This document shows, piece after piece, positions 13,756-26,705 of a stretch of 64,000 bases of DNA. The stretch lies in contig NC_045710.1 in assembly GCF_009834535.1 (NCBI RefSeq), forward strand, positions 51,150,001-51,214,000, written 5' to 3'. Within the stretch, counting starts at the first letter, position 1, and each line of letters opens with the position of its first letter. The translations under genes were made by a program, and so were the position numbers. The DNA is from Camelus ferus (Eukaryota). The notes beneath the pieces were generated by a model. That model saw nothing but the letters and a program-made list of their open reading frames with translations. It made no database searches and was not told where the DNA came from.

Positions 13756-13989
13756 TTGAGATTCCCAAATGTTAGCCACTATATATACAAATAGATTTAA
13801 AAAAAAACCCCAATTTCTTCTGTATAGCACAGGGAACTATATTCAATATTTTGTAATAACTTTTAATGAGAAAGAATATGAAAACGAATATATGTATGTA
13901 TATGCATGACTGGGACATTGTGCTGTACACCAGAAACGGACACATTGTAACTGACTGTACTTCAATTAAAAAAAAAGAAAGAAAGAAAG
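13756..13989 (+). mobile_element. Young 5'-truncated L1 3' end
   Basis: Perfect 13-bp TSD aagaaaccttggt at 13743-55 and 13990-14002. Tail of A followed by (GAAA)n. Confidence 0.92.
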
Positions 13990-14429
13990 AAGAAACCTTG
14001 GTACATTAGTACCATGACAATTAGTAGGGAGCTTCCTGTGTGCCAGGAGACAAGGTGGCTGTTGTCCTCCTCAGTCACAAGGCTCAGAGACTGAGTTCCC
14101 TTTCCTCAGCTCACACAGCAGAGCCAAGTTCAGTTCCTGATGTTTGTGTTTATTTCACTTTACTCTGGTGATGTTGGAAAGCATTCAGTAATGCAGGTAT
14201 TTTCCTACATTACTGGCATCTGAATTTTTACACGTTGGATTTTCTTTAAGTAGAGCATAGGAGTCGATTCAACTGATAAGTTAGCGCAGCCTGGTAAGAT
14301 GTGTCCATGACTTTGAGAAGCATTCCTCATGAACATGATGAAAATTTCTCAGCGGTACAGAAATGAATAAGCAAGTAGGAATTTCCCTCTAAGCTACGTC
14401 TCTTCTTTCTCCACCTCTGGATACATGCT

Positions 14430-14630
14430 CTTCCTAGAACAGTGCTTCTCACATTTTAGTGACCATCAGAGTCAACCTGGAGGGGCTTGTAAACCAGATT
14501 GCTGGGCCGAATGCTGAGAGATTCTGATTCAGCTGGTCTGGGGTGGAGCCTGAGAATCTGCATTTTAAATAAATTCCCTAGTGATGCTGAGGCTGCTGGT
14601 ATGTGGACCTCACTTTGAGAATCACTATTT
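14430..14630. mobile_element. MER5-like hAT element
   Basis: Motif cagtgcttctc...gaatctgcattttaaataaattccctagtgatgctg. Confidence 0.75.
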
Positions 14631-14634
14631 TCAG

Positions 14635-14724
14635 GGGGAGGGAAATAGCTCAGTGGTAGAGCACATGCTAAGCATGTGAGAGGTCCTGGGTTCAATCCTC
14701 AGTACCGCTATTTAAAAAGAAAAA
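14635..14724 (+). mobile_element. vic-1-like SINE (short)
   Basis: ggggagggaaatagctcagtggtagagcacatgctaagcatgtgagaggtcctgggttcaatcc plus an A-tail. Confidence 0.85.
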
Positions 14725-14939
14725 GGGCTGGTAAAACAAGACAAAACATGTAGCTAACCTAGAAATCTCTCTCCATTGAAAATATCCCTAATAAACTGAA
14801 GGCAAAAATGTCAAAACAGCTGTTTTATGGTGTTCTTTTTTTCTGTGTATACACAGGTGTGTATTTCTATAGCTCTGTATGTATGTACATACAGATTATA
14901 AAAATGGACCTATGCTTTATTTAAAGCTTTAAAATTTGT

Positions 14940-15092
14940 TGGTTTTTTAAAAAAATTTATTTTTATTTTTTTTTAGAGGCTGGTAACTAAGTCTATTTAT
15001 TTAATTTTTTTTTTTAATGGAGGTACTGGGGATTGAACCCAGGACCTTGTGCATGCTAAGCATGCCCTCTTCTGCTGAGCTCTACCCTCCCC
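14940..15092 (-). mobile_element. vic-1-like SINE
   Basis: Head plus composite A-rich tail. Confidence 0.8.
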
Positions 15093-17069
15093 GCTTGTCT
15101 GTTTTCACGTAACAAAATAAACCACCATTCCAACTCTGTAGATTAGGATTTGCGTCATTCTTTTTAATGGCTGCATAGAATTCTATGGTACATCTGTTCC
15201 ATTATTTACTTAACCAGTCTATTATTGGATGTTTGTTTCCATTTTTTTCTACTACGAACAATACGACTGCTGTTTTCATTTATCTTTACACACTTGTGCT
15301 AACACTTCTGAAGGATACATTTACAAAAGTGGAATCGTTGGGTGACAGTGATTATGTCTTAAAATTATGTACAACCGTCAAATTAAGCCCTAGCTTCAGT
15401 AAAGTTTGTTCCAAGTTATATTCTTACCAATAGAATTTGAAAAATCCCTCATCAATACTGAATGTTAATAATCATTTTATCTTTGCTCCTCTGATAGGTA
15501 AAAAATGCTCTATTGTTATTTCGATTTGCATGTCTTATTAGTGAAGCAGCATATGTTATTGGTCAATTGCATTTCTTCTGCAAAATATGCCTGCTTATAT
15601 CCTTTGCCTGTTTTTAGGGGAAAGAAATTCAGAATGCCATGCATTTTTCTGCCTGTGTTGAGCATGGCTTGGACTCCTGATACCCTGCTGAAGCCATTTG
15701 GAGATGCCACAGAAGAGGAACAGGAAACAAACCACAGAAATGAGCAAAAATGATTAAAAGAGTGAGTTTAGAAAAGTGACATGAATAAAGATTGTTACAG
15801 ACCAGAGAATAGAAAAAAATGAAGGGGCAGTTGGAAGGAGAAAAGTCTTGGATTTCGGACTGGTGAGCTGATAGGTACTCCTTCTGCCAGGAACCAGCTT
15901 CAGTTCCCACAGGTGGGCTTTATTCAGCACAAGGAAGCGCTTTCTGATTATAAGTGCCAGTTCTAGTCTCCATTTCTATTCTTAGAGACATTTCAACTCA
16001 ATGGGAGATAATTTTGGTGCAGTTCCTCCTACACTTCAAATCATGGAATGTGGTCTTCCAAATAGCACTGTGTTCCTTCTTTTTTAGGTTAGAGAAAGTT
16101 AATGTACAGTGGTCTGGTCAATCTGACTTCATGTAATTAAAAGTTTGGGACTCTTTCCAACCCACCTTCTGCCATAGTGTTTGGAACTGTCCTTTCCTCC
16201 TCCCCAGCAGCGTGCGCCTTCAGTGCAAATGGTGGCTCATCTACAGAGTTATGTCCTCTGCCTGGATGTTGACTCTGGCACCAGAGTTAATATGACAGCA
16301 GCCCAGCTCTCAGCAAAGAGGTCCCCTCTTTCCACTGAACCTGAGCAAGTGTTTTGCATTCAGGGAGTTTCCAGTGATTGGGTTCAACCCAGATGTCAGA
16401 CTTCGCCTGTGCTCTCTCTCTGCTTCTGCTCCGCTGTGACCAACAATTCTGACTCCAATCTTGTTACTGGGCTCTTTTTCCTGTTCCCCAGAAGGTATCC
16501 TCCTGTACCCAAAACATTAGTGAGCAATATAGTAAGAGGAAAGTACAGTTAAGTCTCTGGGAGCCCCTGACTTCCCTCCCCTATGAATAGAATTACAGAG
16601 TCCAAGCTAGAAACCAGAGGCATCGTCATCTCCTCCCAAAGCCTCCTGACCCCACGTTCCACCGGTGACAGGATCTTATCAAATGTCTTTAAGATATGAT
16701 CTGTTTTTACATCCTTATTATCCCTGGTGTAGTCTTAAGACTTTCCTGAATGAAGGCACTGATCTGCTGTCTTTCTCTAGTCACATTCCTCTCCAGTCTA
16801 TTTAATTGTATAACCATTCATTCATTCATTTATTCATTTACACATTCATTCATCTGCCATTCTGTGAGAATTCACTTGTCTTTGTGCCAAACACATTCAA
16901 GAAAGGCCACAAGAGTATGAGTTACTCACTACAATGAAGTCCAGGCAATCAGCCCTCCTGGTTCAAAGGAGTCGGAGGGCTTTCTGCGGTGGGGTATCAG
17001 AGGCAGGTGGACTTGAGGAGGGTCATGACGTGTGTGCAGGGTAGAAGATGCCATGAGTCATCCATCCAG

Positions 17070-18545
17070 CCGTCCTTCCCCATTCTTTCTTGCTGCAGTG
17101 GTGCTACTTGTTCACATTCTCAAATGCTCAGGGAAGCTGCTTCTGACTGAAGCTGCAGATGCGGAATCCTGATTGGTTCAGACGAATCATGGTGGTTCCC
17201 CTTTCGTGACTAGTTTAGGCCAACGGGACCTAGGGGAAGGCTTCTGGTAAAGGTTTTCCTCTCATGAAAAGACACAGCTCCTCTTCTTCAGATGTTGCGG
17301 TGCATGCATGAGATTCCTGAAACTGCTAACTGTGAGGAGAGAGGTTGCCAACATGCTGAGGGTGGCAGCTCAGAAAGATGGAGAAGCATTTGGGTCCTTT
17401 TTCTTTCTANNNNNNNNNNNNNNNNNNNNNNNNNNNNNNNNNNNNNNNNNNNNNNNNNNNNNNNNNNNNNNNNNNNNNNNNNNNNNNNNNNNNNNNNNNN
17501 NNNNNNNNNNNNNNNNNNNNNNNNNNNNNNNNNNNNNNNNNNNNNNNNNNNNNNNNNNNNNNNNNNNNNNNTCCAACCTCCCAGCCCAGCAGTCCCAGCA
17601 AACTCTCATTTCCTTTTTGCTACTATAAATCTGCCTATTCTGGACATTTCATACAAGTGGAATCATACATTATATGGTCTTTTGTGACTTATTTCTTTGT
17701 TTTATTGAGTTGATGTACAATATGATATAAGTTACAGGTGTACAATATAGCGATTCACAATTTTAAAGATTATACTCCATTTATAGTTATTATAAAATAT
17801 TAGCTATTTTCCCTGTGTTGTACAATATACCCTTATTTTATACATAGTAGCTTATACCTCTTAATCCCCTACTTCTGTATTGCCCCTCATCCCTCCCCTC
17901 TCCCTACTGGTAACCACGAGTTTATTCTCTATATTCGTGCTTCTTATTTGTTATATTCATTAATCTGTTGTATTTTTTAGATTCCACATATAAGTGATAT
18001 CCTACAATATTCGTCTTTCTCTGTCTGACTTATTTCACTTTGCATANNNNNNNNNNNNNNNNNNNNNNNNNNNNNNNNNNNNNNNNNNNNNNNNNNNNNN
18101 NNNNNNNNNNNNNNNNNNNNNNNNNNNNNNNNNNNNNNNNNNNNNNNNNNNNNNNNNNNNNNNNNNNNNNNNNNGCAATTGTATATAATGTTGTGCTATG
18201 AACACTGGAATGTATGTGCCTTTTCATATTAGTGTTTTTGGTTTCTTTGGATATATACCCAGGAGTTGAATTGCTGGGTCATATAGTAGTTCTACTTTTA
18301 GTTTTTTGAGAAACTCCATACTGTTTTCCACAGTGACTGCATCAGTTTACATGCCCACCAACAGTACACTAGGATTCCCTTTCCTCCACATCTTCACCAA
18401 CATTTATTGTTTGGCATTTGGGTTTTTTAAGGTCACAAGCCTGTGAATTAGCCAACTCTGGAAACTACCCACCTCTAAACTCCCATAAGAAACTTATTTA
18501 AGTTGCTTTAAGTTGGGTCTTCAGTTACTTGCAGCTCAGAGTATT
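17070..18545 (+). mobile_element. MaLR (MLT1-type) LTR split by L1 fragments (about 17400-18420, minus strand) that contain two N gaps
   Basis: MLT1 motifs before 17400 resume at about 18430 and end with cagttacttgcagc. The intervening sequence is L1 3'UTR. Gaps are at 17410-17571 and 18047-18174. Confidence 0.65.
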
Positions 18546-19904
18546 ATGCAGGTGGAGTGCAGCCCAGTGGGGTAACTGTTCCCTGGCTTGCAGTTTTGGG
18601 GCCACAGTGGGCACTGTTCATTTTTCTGATTTCCCCAAGGTCAAGCTGGCAGACTGCAGGCTGTATTATTAATTACCAATTCGGCAGTCTGGCCTGATGG
18701 AGAAGTGGGTGATCAGGAGCTAGAACACGGATCACAGAGCCTCTCATCCACTCTCATCTTATGCCAGGCAGTACCCAGCATGCCCAGAAATCATGGGCAT
18801 CCAAGGCTGGAAAAACATCTGGGCCACCATCTAGGTCAGAGGGCAGGCAAGTGATTACATGAATGAGCAGGCCTGTGTTAGGTTATTTAACGCGTAGGAA
18901 TAGCCTTTATTTCATGAAGAAAGATGCTGTCTAATTTTTCTTGATGCAGCTGGAACTCTGGGTTTACCTTTCATTGTTCCTGTGGGGATGGAAAGAGAAA
19001 AACTGTTCTACTGAGAAATAAACCACCTAATAATCAGACTCCGGGCTGGGGAGACATAGGCTGTGTTGGGGAGTGGGATGTCCTGGGAAGAGGGCCTGTC
19101 TGAAGGTGCCTGTCTGAAGGTGATGGCTGTGAGCCACACTAAGTGACCCCTGCTACGTGGGAGTCCTGGAGCAGTATGAAAAGTCTTCTCATTTCCCAGG
19201 AGAAGCCTGAAATCTGATTTTAAAAATGTGTGTGTGTGGGATATACCCCTTTGTGCGCAGAGCATGTGCATTCTGGGGACACACATCTGGAGGCAGACCC
19301 TAGAGACAGAGGCATTTGGGATTAGAAGTGCGGAGTGGGTGGTGGAAGATGCAGGGAGATGAAGACAGGACCTTGGGCTTTTAAGGGACAGATGCTGAAT
19401 TCTTGTCTAGGTGACAAACATGCAAATGAGATTCAAAACACACTACAGAAAATACAGAAAGGCCTCAAGAAGAAAATGAAAACCACTCACAATCCTGCTA
19501 TACAAAAACCCATTCTTGTTTTTTTACATTTTAAAAAAATTTTATTAGATGGAATTGTTACTATTTGACTGCACATATACAATATATTGCATGTAAATAC
19601 ATATATACACTATACTGCATATATTTTAAAAATTTATGTATATGTCCTTTATGTTTGGATTTCTGCATTCTGTTGATTCTTATTTTGTGGTTGGCTTTAT
19701 GCCTTTGATAACTGTGTAAGTTTAAAAAAGCTAAAGCTCTAAACTTCTTAGAAACAATGAACTGTACATACATGTAAATTAAAAAAAACCTACTCATTTT
19801 TAATCTTTTCTCTTACAATCTTTTTTTTTCTCTTATAGTCTTCTCTCCTGACTTTAGATTGTAAGCTTTCCCCCCGTCATTAAAGGCTGTCTGCAAACTT
19901 ACTT

Positions 19905-20038
19905 TAAAAAAAATTATTTTTTGGGGGGGGGAGAATGTAGTTAGGGTTACTTATCTATTTATTTTTGGGGAAGGTACTGTGATTGAACCCAGGACCTTGC
20001 GTATGCTAAGTTCTACCACTGGGGCTATACCCTCCCTT
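19905..20038 (-). mobile_element. vic-1-like SINE
   Basis: Head plus composite tail. Confidence 0.75.
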
Positions 20039-21379
20039 CCGGCAAGCTTACTTTTGAATGGCAATCACTAAGTCCACTGCCAGGGCCATCCATGTCTTAC
20101 ATACCCCCAAATGTTCTAATTCTGTCAGAATAAAACTCCTTCCTGAATCTTGGCTGGTTGCTGTGTTGGCTACACGTGTCATTTGACATGCTTCTGTGGT
20201 AGGATGCCTGCATCCTATGCTTAGGGATGAGGTGGGGGGTGTTAGGAAAAGATAAAATCTGGCAGACAGAGAAATCTGGTCCTCTCCCAGAAGTCTAGGG
20301 AGAGGGCCAAGGCTAAGCAGCCAGGCATTGGCGATCTTTCAGTGGGTCTTAAATGCCTTTTATGAAAGTTTAATCAAATGAACGTCGTGGGTGTAAGTCA
20401 CGAGTGCTCCTGGGCTCCGTAGGGGCTCTGGGAGTGGGTAGGAAGTTATCTACATTCGCCTCCTGCCAATGTTACTCTCAGTACGCCAGGCTCGGAGTGG
20501 AAGAAAGGATATAGGCAAAGCCATGCCCAGACAACTCAAAGTACTTGCTGAACACCAGTTCTCAAGTTAGGTAAGTCAGCATGTGAGGCCCTTCAGTCAT
20601 CCCCTCTGGGGCAGGTGGCCCTGGGGCCGGCTGGAGGGGGTATGAGTGAGGAGAGCCTGCAGGAGTCCCTAGGGATGAGGTTGTCACCTGGCCTCTGAGT
20701 CTCATCTTTGTGTCTGTCACCTCTCTCTGCCCTCTGGTTTAGGGGTGGGGGGCCCTGGCAGACACACTATACCTGCTTTGTGACTACGTGCGTCTCCCCG
20801 AGGGTGTGTTCCTGTGCCTCGAGCAATGACAGCTGAGTCTCTGGGCACAGGTCTGAATGCATTTCCCAGGCGGCTGACATGATGAAACCTGGCTGGCCCA
20901 GCTCCCCTGCGAACACTTGGCTCCCCTCGTGTCTACTGTGTTCCCTTAACAGACACTTGACATGGTAGTGGGAACTGGCTCCAAAGATCATTCACAACAC
21001 ACCTGTGTTGAGTGAGATCTTGCTTTGTGTGTTTGTAACATGATTCCCAGGGATCAATGGGGGTGAAACTAACAAAACAAACTGATGTGCAATGCAGCTT
21101 GTTTGTAGTGCTAATAATAATTAATACAATAGCCATTTATCGAGCATTTGCCATGTTCCAGTCTTTGGGTTAAGAGATTTTACGCATTAACCTATTTAAG
21201 CCTCCCCAGACCTCCCTGAGTTAGGGACAATGAATACCTTCATTTTAATAATGAGAAAACTGAGGTCCAGAGAAGTTAAGTAACCTGCCCAAAGCCCACA
21301 GTGCTGGTGCTAGGGCTTCACCACAGCTCATGTACTTGGTCATGAAAACATGTGCATAGGAATTAATGTAGAATTAAAA

Positions 21380-23030
21380 AAAATTACACCAATTTTTAAT
21401 CACGGTCCTTCAAGTAACAGGTATAGCTTTAAGTATTTGTTTTTCCATTCTAGATGTTAATGAAATATAGAAAATGATAGCAAAAATTATAACGTCTAGA
21501 GTCTAGACATCATTATTACTTGGTTTTTTTTTCTTTAAATTACAGAATTTACTTGTTTTTTCATAATTGGCATACTGTGCATGTAATTTTACATGTTAAT
21601 TTTTCTTTTACATTAAACCCTAAATATCATGTCATTAAATAGTCCTTATAAATATTATTTTGAATGTTTGCATTGTAAGCCATTGAGTGATAAAGCACAA
21701 TTTACTTAGACATACAGTTATTGGACATTGAGGCTAGTCTTGATTTTTAGTCAATTTAAAAATAACAGTATGGTGAAAAACTTTCTGAAGGTTTTTTAAA
21801 CCTTTGGGAACTAACTTTTGACTGTGTGGAGTTATGAGATCAAAAAATCATATTTAATGCTTTTGATATAGATAACCAATTGATTTCTAAAAGAATCTTA
21901 CCCATTTATAGTCCAACTGTGGATGTATGAGAAAGGCCGTTTTTATCACATAATCACCAGCACTAGACTTTATTATTATCTTAAATCTCTGCTAATTTTG
22001 TAAGGAAAAGATAAAATCTTGTTTTCACATGTATTTCTTTGATTATCAGTAATGTTGACGTTTCCTCATATGTTTGTTTATTAAGGGTCATTGCTTTTAT
22101 TAATTGGATGGTCTTGGTCGTTGCCCATTCTTCTCTCCCAGTCTTCACACATTTTAATTTATAGGAATTCCTTATATGAGAAAGACGTTATCCTTTTGTC
22201 AAATCTGCAACAATTATGTTTCTGTTCTTTGCCTTTTCATTTTTACATACAGAAGAGTAAGTTTTTGTCTATAGTAAAGTCATTTTTTCTTCTGTGATAT
22301 TTTCAGCAATCACTTTCAAGTTGGAAAAGTCTGCCCCTCCACAGGGTTTGGTAAATGCTCACTTATATTTTCTTATTTTTTCCCTATGATTGAATTTTTT
22401 GGATCTTATTTTTCAATTCATCTGATTTATTATGGCTTTTGGTACATAGCCATATAATTTAATTTAATCCAAAATAATTTTCTTTTCTAAATAGCAGCCA
22501 GTTTTTAACTACATTTATTGAAAAATCCTTTGTGTCTCGGCAGATTTTTTTATTTCTTTACCAATTTATCTTTATCATTTTATACTTCTTTACCATTTAC
22601 TACCAATTATTAAATTGCTAAATTAATACATATACATCATACATGCATTGCAACACTGTTGCATTATTCTATTCTTATACTGTTTTATTAGTTTTATAAT
22701 ACATTTTAAGCTCTATTATAGTTTTACTTCCATCATTATTCTCACCTAAGAATTTTTCTTTGCCATCTTCACTGTATAAAATGTAGTAAATTTCTTTTAT
22801 TCAACATTCCCATCTGGATTTTGATTAGAATTCTATCACATCTATTATACATTGGGAAGAAATGAAAACTTTACAATATTATTTTTTTCAAATTAGGGAC
22901 ATATGTTTCTCTATTTAAAAATACATATACATTTGACTAGAGTTTAATAGTTTTTCATACACTTTCTGCATATTTCTCATTCAGGTCACTTCCAGATATT
23001 TTATTTATCTGTTTCTGTTGTTATGTAAGT
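21380..23030 (-). mobile_element. Old L1M (L1ME-type) fragments
   Basis: AT-rich degenerate L1 3' region (ttttgatatagataaccaattg, catatgtttgtttattaagggtcattg). Confidence 0.6.
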
Positions 23031-23259
23031 TCCCCATAGGGTCTCATTCAGCAAATCTTTATTGAATACCTACATATGCTAGGTATGTGCAAGGCTCTGG
23101 GATTTTAATGGTGTGCAGATAGGCACATCCTGAACTCATGGTAAGAGCCAGGAGTTGTAAGATCAACATTAGGAGGGAGACCAGGATTCAGCAGATAGTC
23201 ACAGTAGTGGAGTAGAGCCCCTGGAATATGGACACTGAAGGAATGGAGTGAGATATCGT

Positions 23260-23904
23260 TGATACAGGAAAATGAGTGTAGCCGTGTCCCAGGTCTTGGC
23301 TGAGTCCCTGGGATGTGCCCTGCCAAGTGTGGGTCCTTGGCTTCGCACAGGAAAGAATTCAAGAGTGAGCCACGGTTGAGTAAAGTAGATTTATTCAGAG
23401 ATATACATACTCTATAGACAGAGTGCAGGCTGTTTCAGAAGGTGAGAGAAAGGCCAAGAGGTATGGGAGTTGGGGGCTCAGTTTAAAGTAAAAGTAGTTA
23501 CACACTCCATCGACAGAGTGCTGTCCTTTTTACTCAGAAGGGAGAGCAGCCATGAGGTGCCGGGTTGTTAGTTTTCATGGGCTCGGTTATTTCCTGTGCT
23601 AACAAGTGGGAGGATTATTCCAAATACTTTGGGGAAGGGGCTGGGGTTCCCAGGAACTGGGCCACTGCCCACTTTTTGACCTTTTATGGTCAGCCTCAGA
23701 ACTGTCATGGTGCCTGTGGGAGTGACGTTTAGCAGCTAATATATTACAACGAGTGTATAACGAAGCTCAAGGTCTACTGCAAGTCCAATCTCCTGCCATC
23801 GTGGGCCTCCAAACCTGCTGGGAATTGAATTTTCGGCAACCTTGGTGTTAACTGCTGTGTTATTTCTTGAATGGCTGTGCTCTGCCCCCTTCCTGCTTGT
23901 CTCA
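23260..23904 (-). mobile_element. ERV1-type solo LTR
   Basis: TG...CA termini on the minus strand (tgagac...gtatca), a 4-bp TSD tcgt/tcat (one CpG transition) and AATAAA on the minus strand near 23390. It is inserted in an L2 3' fragment. Confidence 0.8.
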
Positions 23905-24045
23905 TCATGAGAGCATATTACAAACAAACAAAACACCTCCAGGTTGGCCAGGGGGGGTGAAGAAGAGCTTCCCAAGAAACTGACACAATCAGAGCTGGAA
24001 TGTCACCAATTTTTGTAAAGCCATATTTTATTTGGTCAATGAATT

Positions 24046-24960
24046 TGTTAGCAGATAGAGGAATCTCTAAATTAGGAAGCCCACCAAAGTGTGGGTCCTT
24101 GCCACTGGCTGTGAAAGCATTCATGCAGCAGAAGCAGAGGGACAAAGTGAACAGCTGCTTTATTGCTCAGAAGAGGAAAAGGAAGGAGGGCATTTTAGCA
24201 CAAAGAAGGGAAGTAAAACATTTGAGCGGGGAGCTGTCCATCAGCAAAGATGGCTGGTCGAGAGAGCTCCAGCTGCGGCTTGGGTCACATGGGGCTTTTG
24301 TGGGACTTTTCTGCTATCATGTCCTCATTCTGGATGTGCTGGAGCCAACTGCCTTTCTTTTCAGTCCTGGTACCTGGGTTTTTTCGATGATTGTCATCAT
24401 CAACTGTCATGGCGCTGATGGGTGTGTCATTTAGCATGCTAATGAATTGTAGTGACTGTATAATGAAGCTCGAGGTCCACTGGAAGTCAAATCTGTCATC
24501 ATCTTGGGCTTTGTAGGTCCTAACAGGTTCTTGTTTCTTCTCTTTGCCTCCTGAGACTTAGACAAGGGTAACTGGTTTCTTTGTAGGGAACTACATTCAA
24601 CTTTTTGTAATGAGCTGTACTGGAAAAGAATATGAAAAAAATAGTGTATGTATAACTGAATTGCTTTGCTGTACATCTGAAACTAACATTGTAAATCGAC
24701 CACACTTCAAAAAAAAAAAAAAAAAAGAGTAATTGGTGTCTATTTGAGGGAGGGGCAGGGGTATGACCCTGGGGGCAATAGCCTTGGTAACCGGGACTCA
24801 GCCTCAAGGCTGCACTGTTGTTTCTTGATTGTTGCTCCCTTGTTTCTACATTTCCTCCCTTCCCTAATTAGCAACTGTTTGAATCTGTCTTTTGGAACTC
24901 AGGGAGGGTCAAGGAGGCTGAATGAAGCCAATGTGCTCTGGGTAGGCTCTGTCTGGGGGC
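24046..24960 (-). mobile_element. Second, related ERV1-type LTR containing an L1 3'-end insertion (about 24585-24726, plus strand); upper boundary uncertain
   Basis: Shares motifs with the first LTR (aagtgtgggtccttg, aactgtcatgg, gtataaYgaagctcRaggtc). AATAAA on the minus strand near 24160. Confidence 0.7.
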
Positions 24961-26110
24961 TGCAAGAAGGCTCCAGAGACAAAGTGAGGGGTGAACCTGT
25001 TCTTGAAGAAACAGAAGTTTCTCAGGCCAAGAAGCAGAAAAAGCCATTCTCAGCAAAAAGAACTGTGAAGGCAGAGAGGCGTGGAAGGGAGACAAGCGAA
25101 CAGCTTGAGAGTGGAGGCTGCAAACGGATGGTGACCTGCGGACAGATTTCGGTTGGGGCCACAGAGTGGTTTCAAATTTGAGCCACATTTAGAAACAGAG
25201 CTATTTCACGAAAAAGCCCAGATTTTCGGCTTCTCTTGAAAAAATGGAAAATCAGGCCACCTTGCTGGATATCCACCACGGGCTAGCAGTAAGTGATTGT
25301 CCCCTTTCAGAAGAAGTCTGTGCACCCCAGTTTATCACAGTGTCCATCTCCCTCTCCAGATTCGAACTACTCATGGGCATTTATGTTCCCATCCAGCAGT
25401 TGCACTAATTCAGATGAACAGCTTCACTCCCGGTGGCATTTGAATTTTTAGCCTCTGGTTAAGCATTCCTGGAAAATAAAAAGCAAGGGTGGGGGTGGAT
25501 GGGAGGGAGGGGGAGGCAAGATTGGCAGCATTAAAACTAGCAACTGTTGGAAGCCATCACCACCCCAGGGCAGAAGGGACAGGGGGAGGACATGGTGTAA
25601 ATGAAGTGTGGTGAGAGCTGGAGCTGGTGGGTAGGGGCCCCGGGAATCTAGCCCTGGGGGTGTCATTATTGGAGAGCCCTTCCTCCGGACCAAGATCACA
25701 CACCCTCCAGCATCTATTTCCCTCCCTGCTGCTCCTCCACGTCGTGACACATGTGAAGTCCGCACGCGGGTTAGAAGGGCAGAGAATGGGAACTCAAGTG
25801 CAGCGGGGCTTGTAAGAACTGGGTGGACAATTTTAGAACAGTTCCTTACAGTGAGAAACTGGTTAGTGGGGAACGGGGGTGTGTGAGTCGGGGTGGGGTG
25901 GCCTGTTTTTTTCCTTCCACGAGGCTCAGCAGAGAAGATCCAGAAAAACATAAGCCCTGTTCTGAGACTGTACTGTCCGATGGCCATTCACTTTGAATAC
26001 TAAGGGGTAAATTGTGTTAAGTTTCAGTGACTCTGAAAAGCCTCTTGAAAGCTTTTCCTAAAAACTGTAGCCCCACACAAATTTGTCCTTTGCTGAGTCC
26101 TACAGCACAA

Positions 26111-26280
26111 TGGTTCTCAAACTTGAGCATGTTTCATATAATCACCTGGAAGGTGGAGGGGGCAGGGGCACCTCTATAGTTTAATAAGGTCTGGGGCGGG
26201 GCTTGAAAATTTGCATTCCTCAGACGTTCCCAGGTGATTATGATGTTCCTGGTCTGGGGACCAGCTTGGAGAATCACGGC
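26111..26280. mobile_element. MER5-like hAT element
   Basis: Motif tggttctcaaacttgagc...ttgcattcctcagacgttcccaggtgatt. Confidence 0.7.
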
Positions 26281-26297
26281 TATTAACACACACTCTC

Positions 26298-26404
26298 CTG
26301 TTTATTTATTTATTTATTTTTTAAGAGGCGGTACTGGGGATGGAACCCAGGACCTCGTGCATGCTAAGCATGCGCTCTGCCATCGCACGATACCCTCCTC
26401 CCAG
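26298..26404 (-). mobile_element. vic-1-like SINE just downstream of the TGFA 3' end, in the sense orientation
   Basis: Head plus (AAAT)n tail. 11-bp TSD cacacactctc at 26287-97 and 26405-15. Confidence 0.9.
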
Positions 26405-26484
26405 CACACACTCTCTTAATGTGCTCTGGTAATATCCCAATCTCATGAAAGAAAAGCTCCAGTCCTGATTTAGGGAAAAAAAAG

Positions 26485-26490
26485 TTCATT
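26485..26490 (-). terminator. Putative non-canonical poly(A) signal AATGAA of TGFA
   Basis: Minus strand reads gaaggAATGAActtttttttccc at the end of the AU-rich block. My manual scan found no non-SINE AATAAA on the minus strand between 26470 and 30454. Confidence 0.5.
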
Positions 26491-26579
26491 CCTTCATCCT
26501 TCCAAACAGGGTACAGTACAACTGAACAACAATACACGTTACTGAAAAACACAACTGCATTTTCTATTGCTCACTACTC

Positions 26580-26705
26580 TTTAAATAAGTATAATTCAGA
26601 TATTAAGGAAAAGAACTGCCAATCACATTAATGCATTACAGAAATCAACATTAACTTACCACACAAAATAAATTAAAACATTAAATATTAACCTTTTCAG
26701 TGCAA
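26580..26705 (-). promoter_or_regulatory. Distal 3'UTR regulatory cluster: AU-rich elements and miRNA seed matches
   Basis: AUUUA at 26582-86 (inside UUAUUUAAA), 26669-73 and 26682-86. TGCACTGA (miR-148/152 8mer) at 26697-26704, overlapping TTGCACT (miR-130/301 7mer). AATGTGA (miR-23 7mer-m8) at 26623-26629. Confidence 0.6.

Noticed and set aside
19095-19122. 14-bp tandem duplication (cctgtctgaaggtg x2)
   Set aside because: A common slippage product with no functional context.
25489-25516. G-run cluster (possible G-quadruplex) downstream of TGFA
   Set aside because: Common in mammalian DNA, with no further support.
362-26000. ORF-track entries in the intergenic region (60-190 aa)
   Set aside because: No recognisable protein similarity or splice-linked exon structure. 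Most overlap L1, L2, LTR or Tigger remnants, or N gaps.
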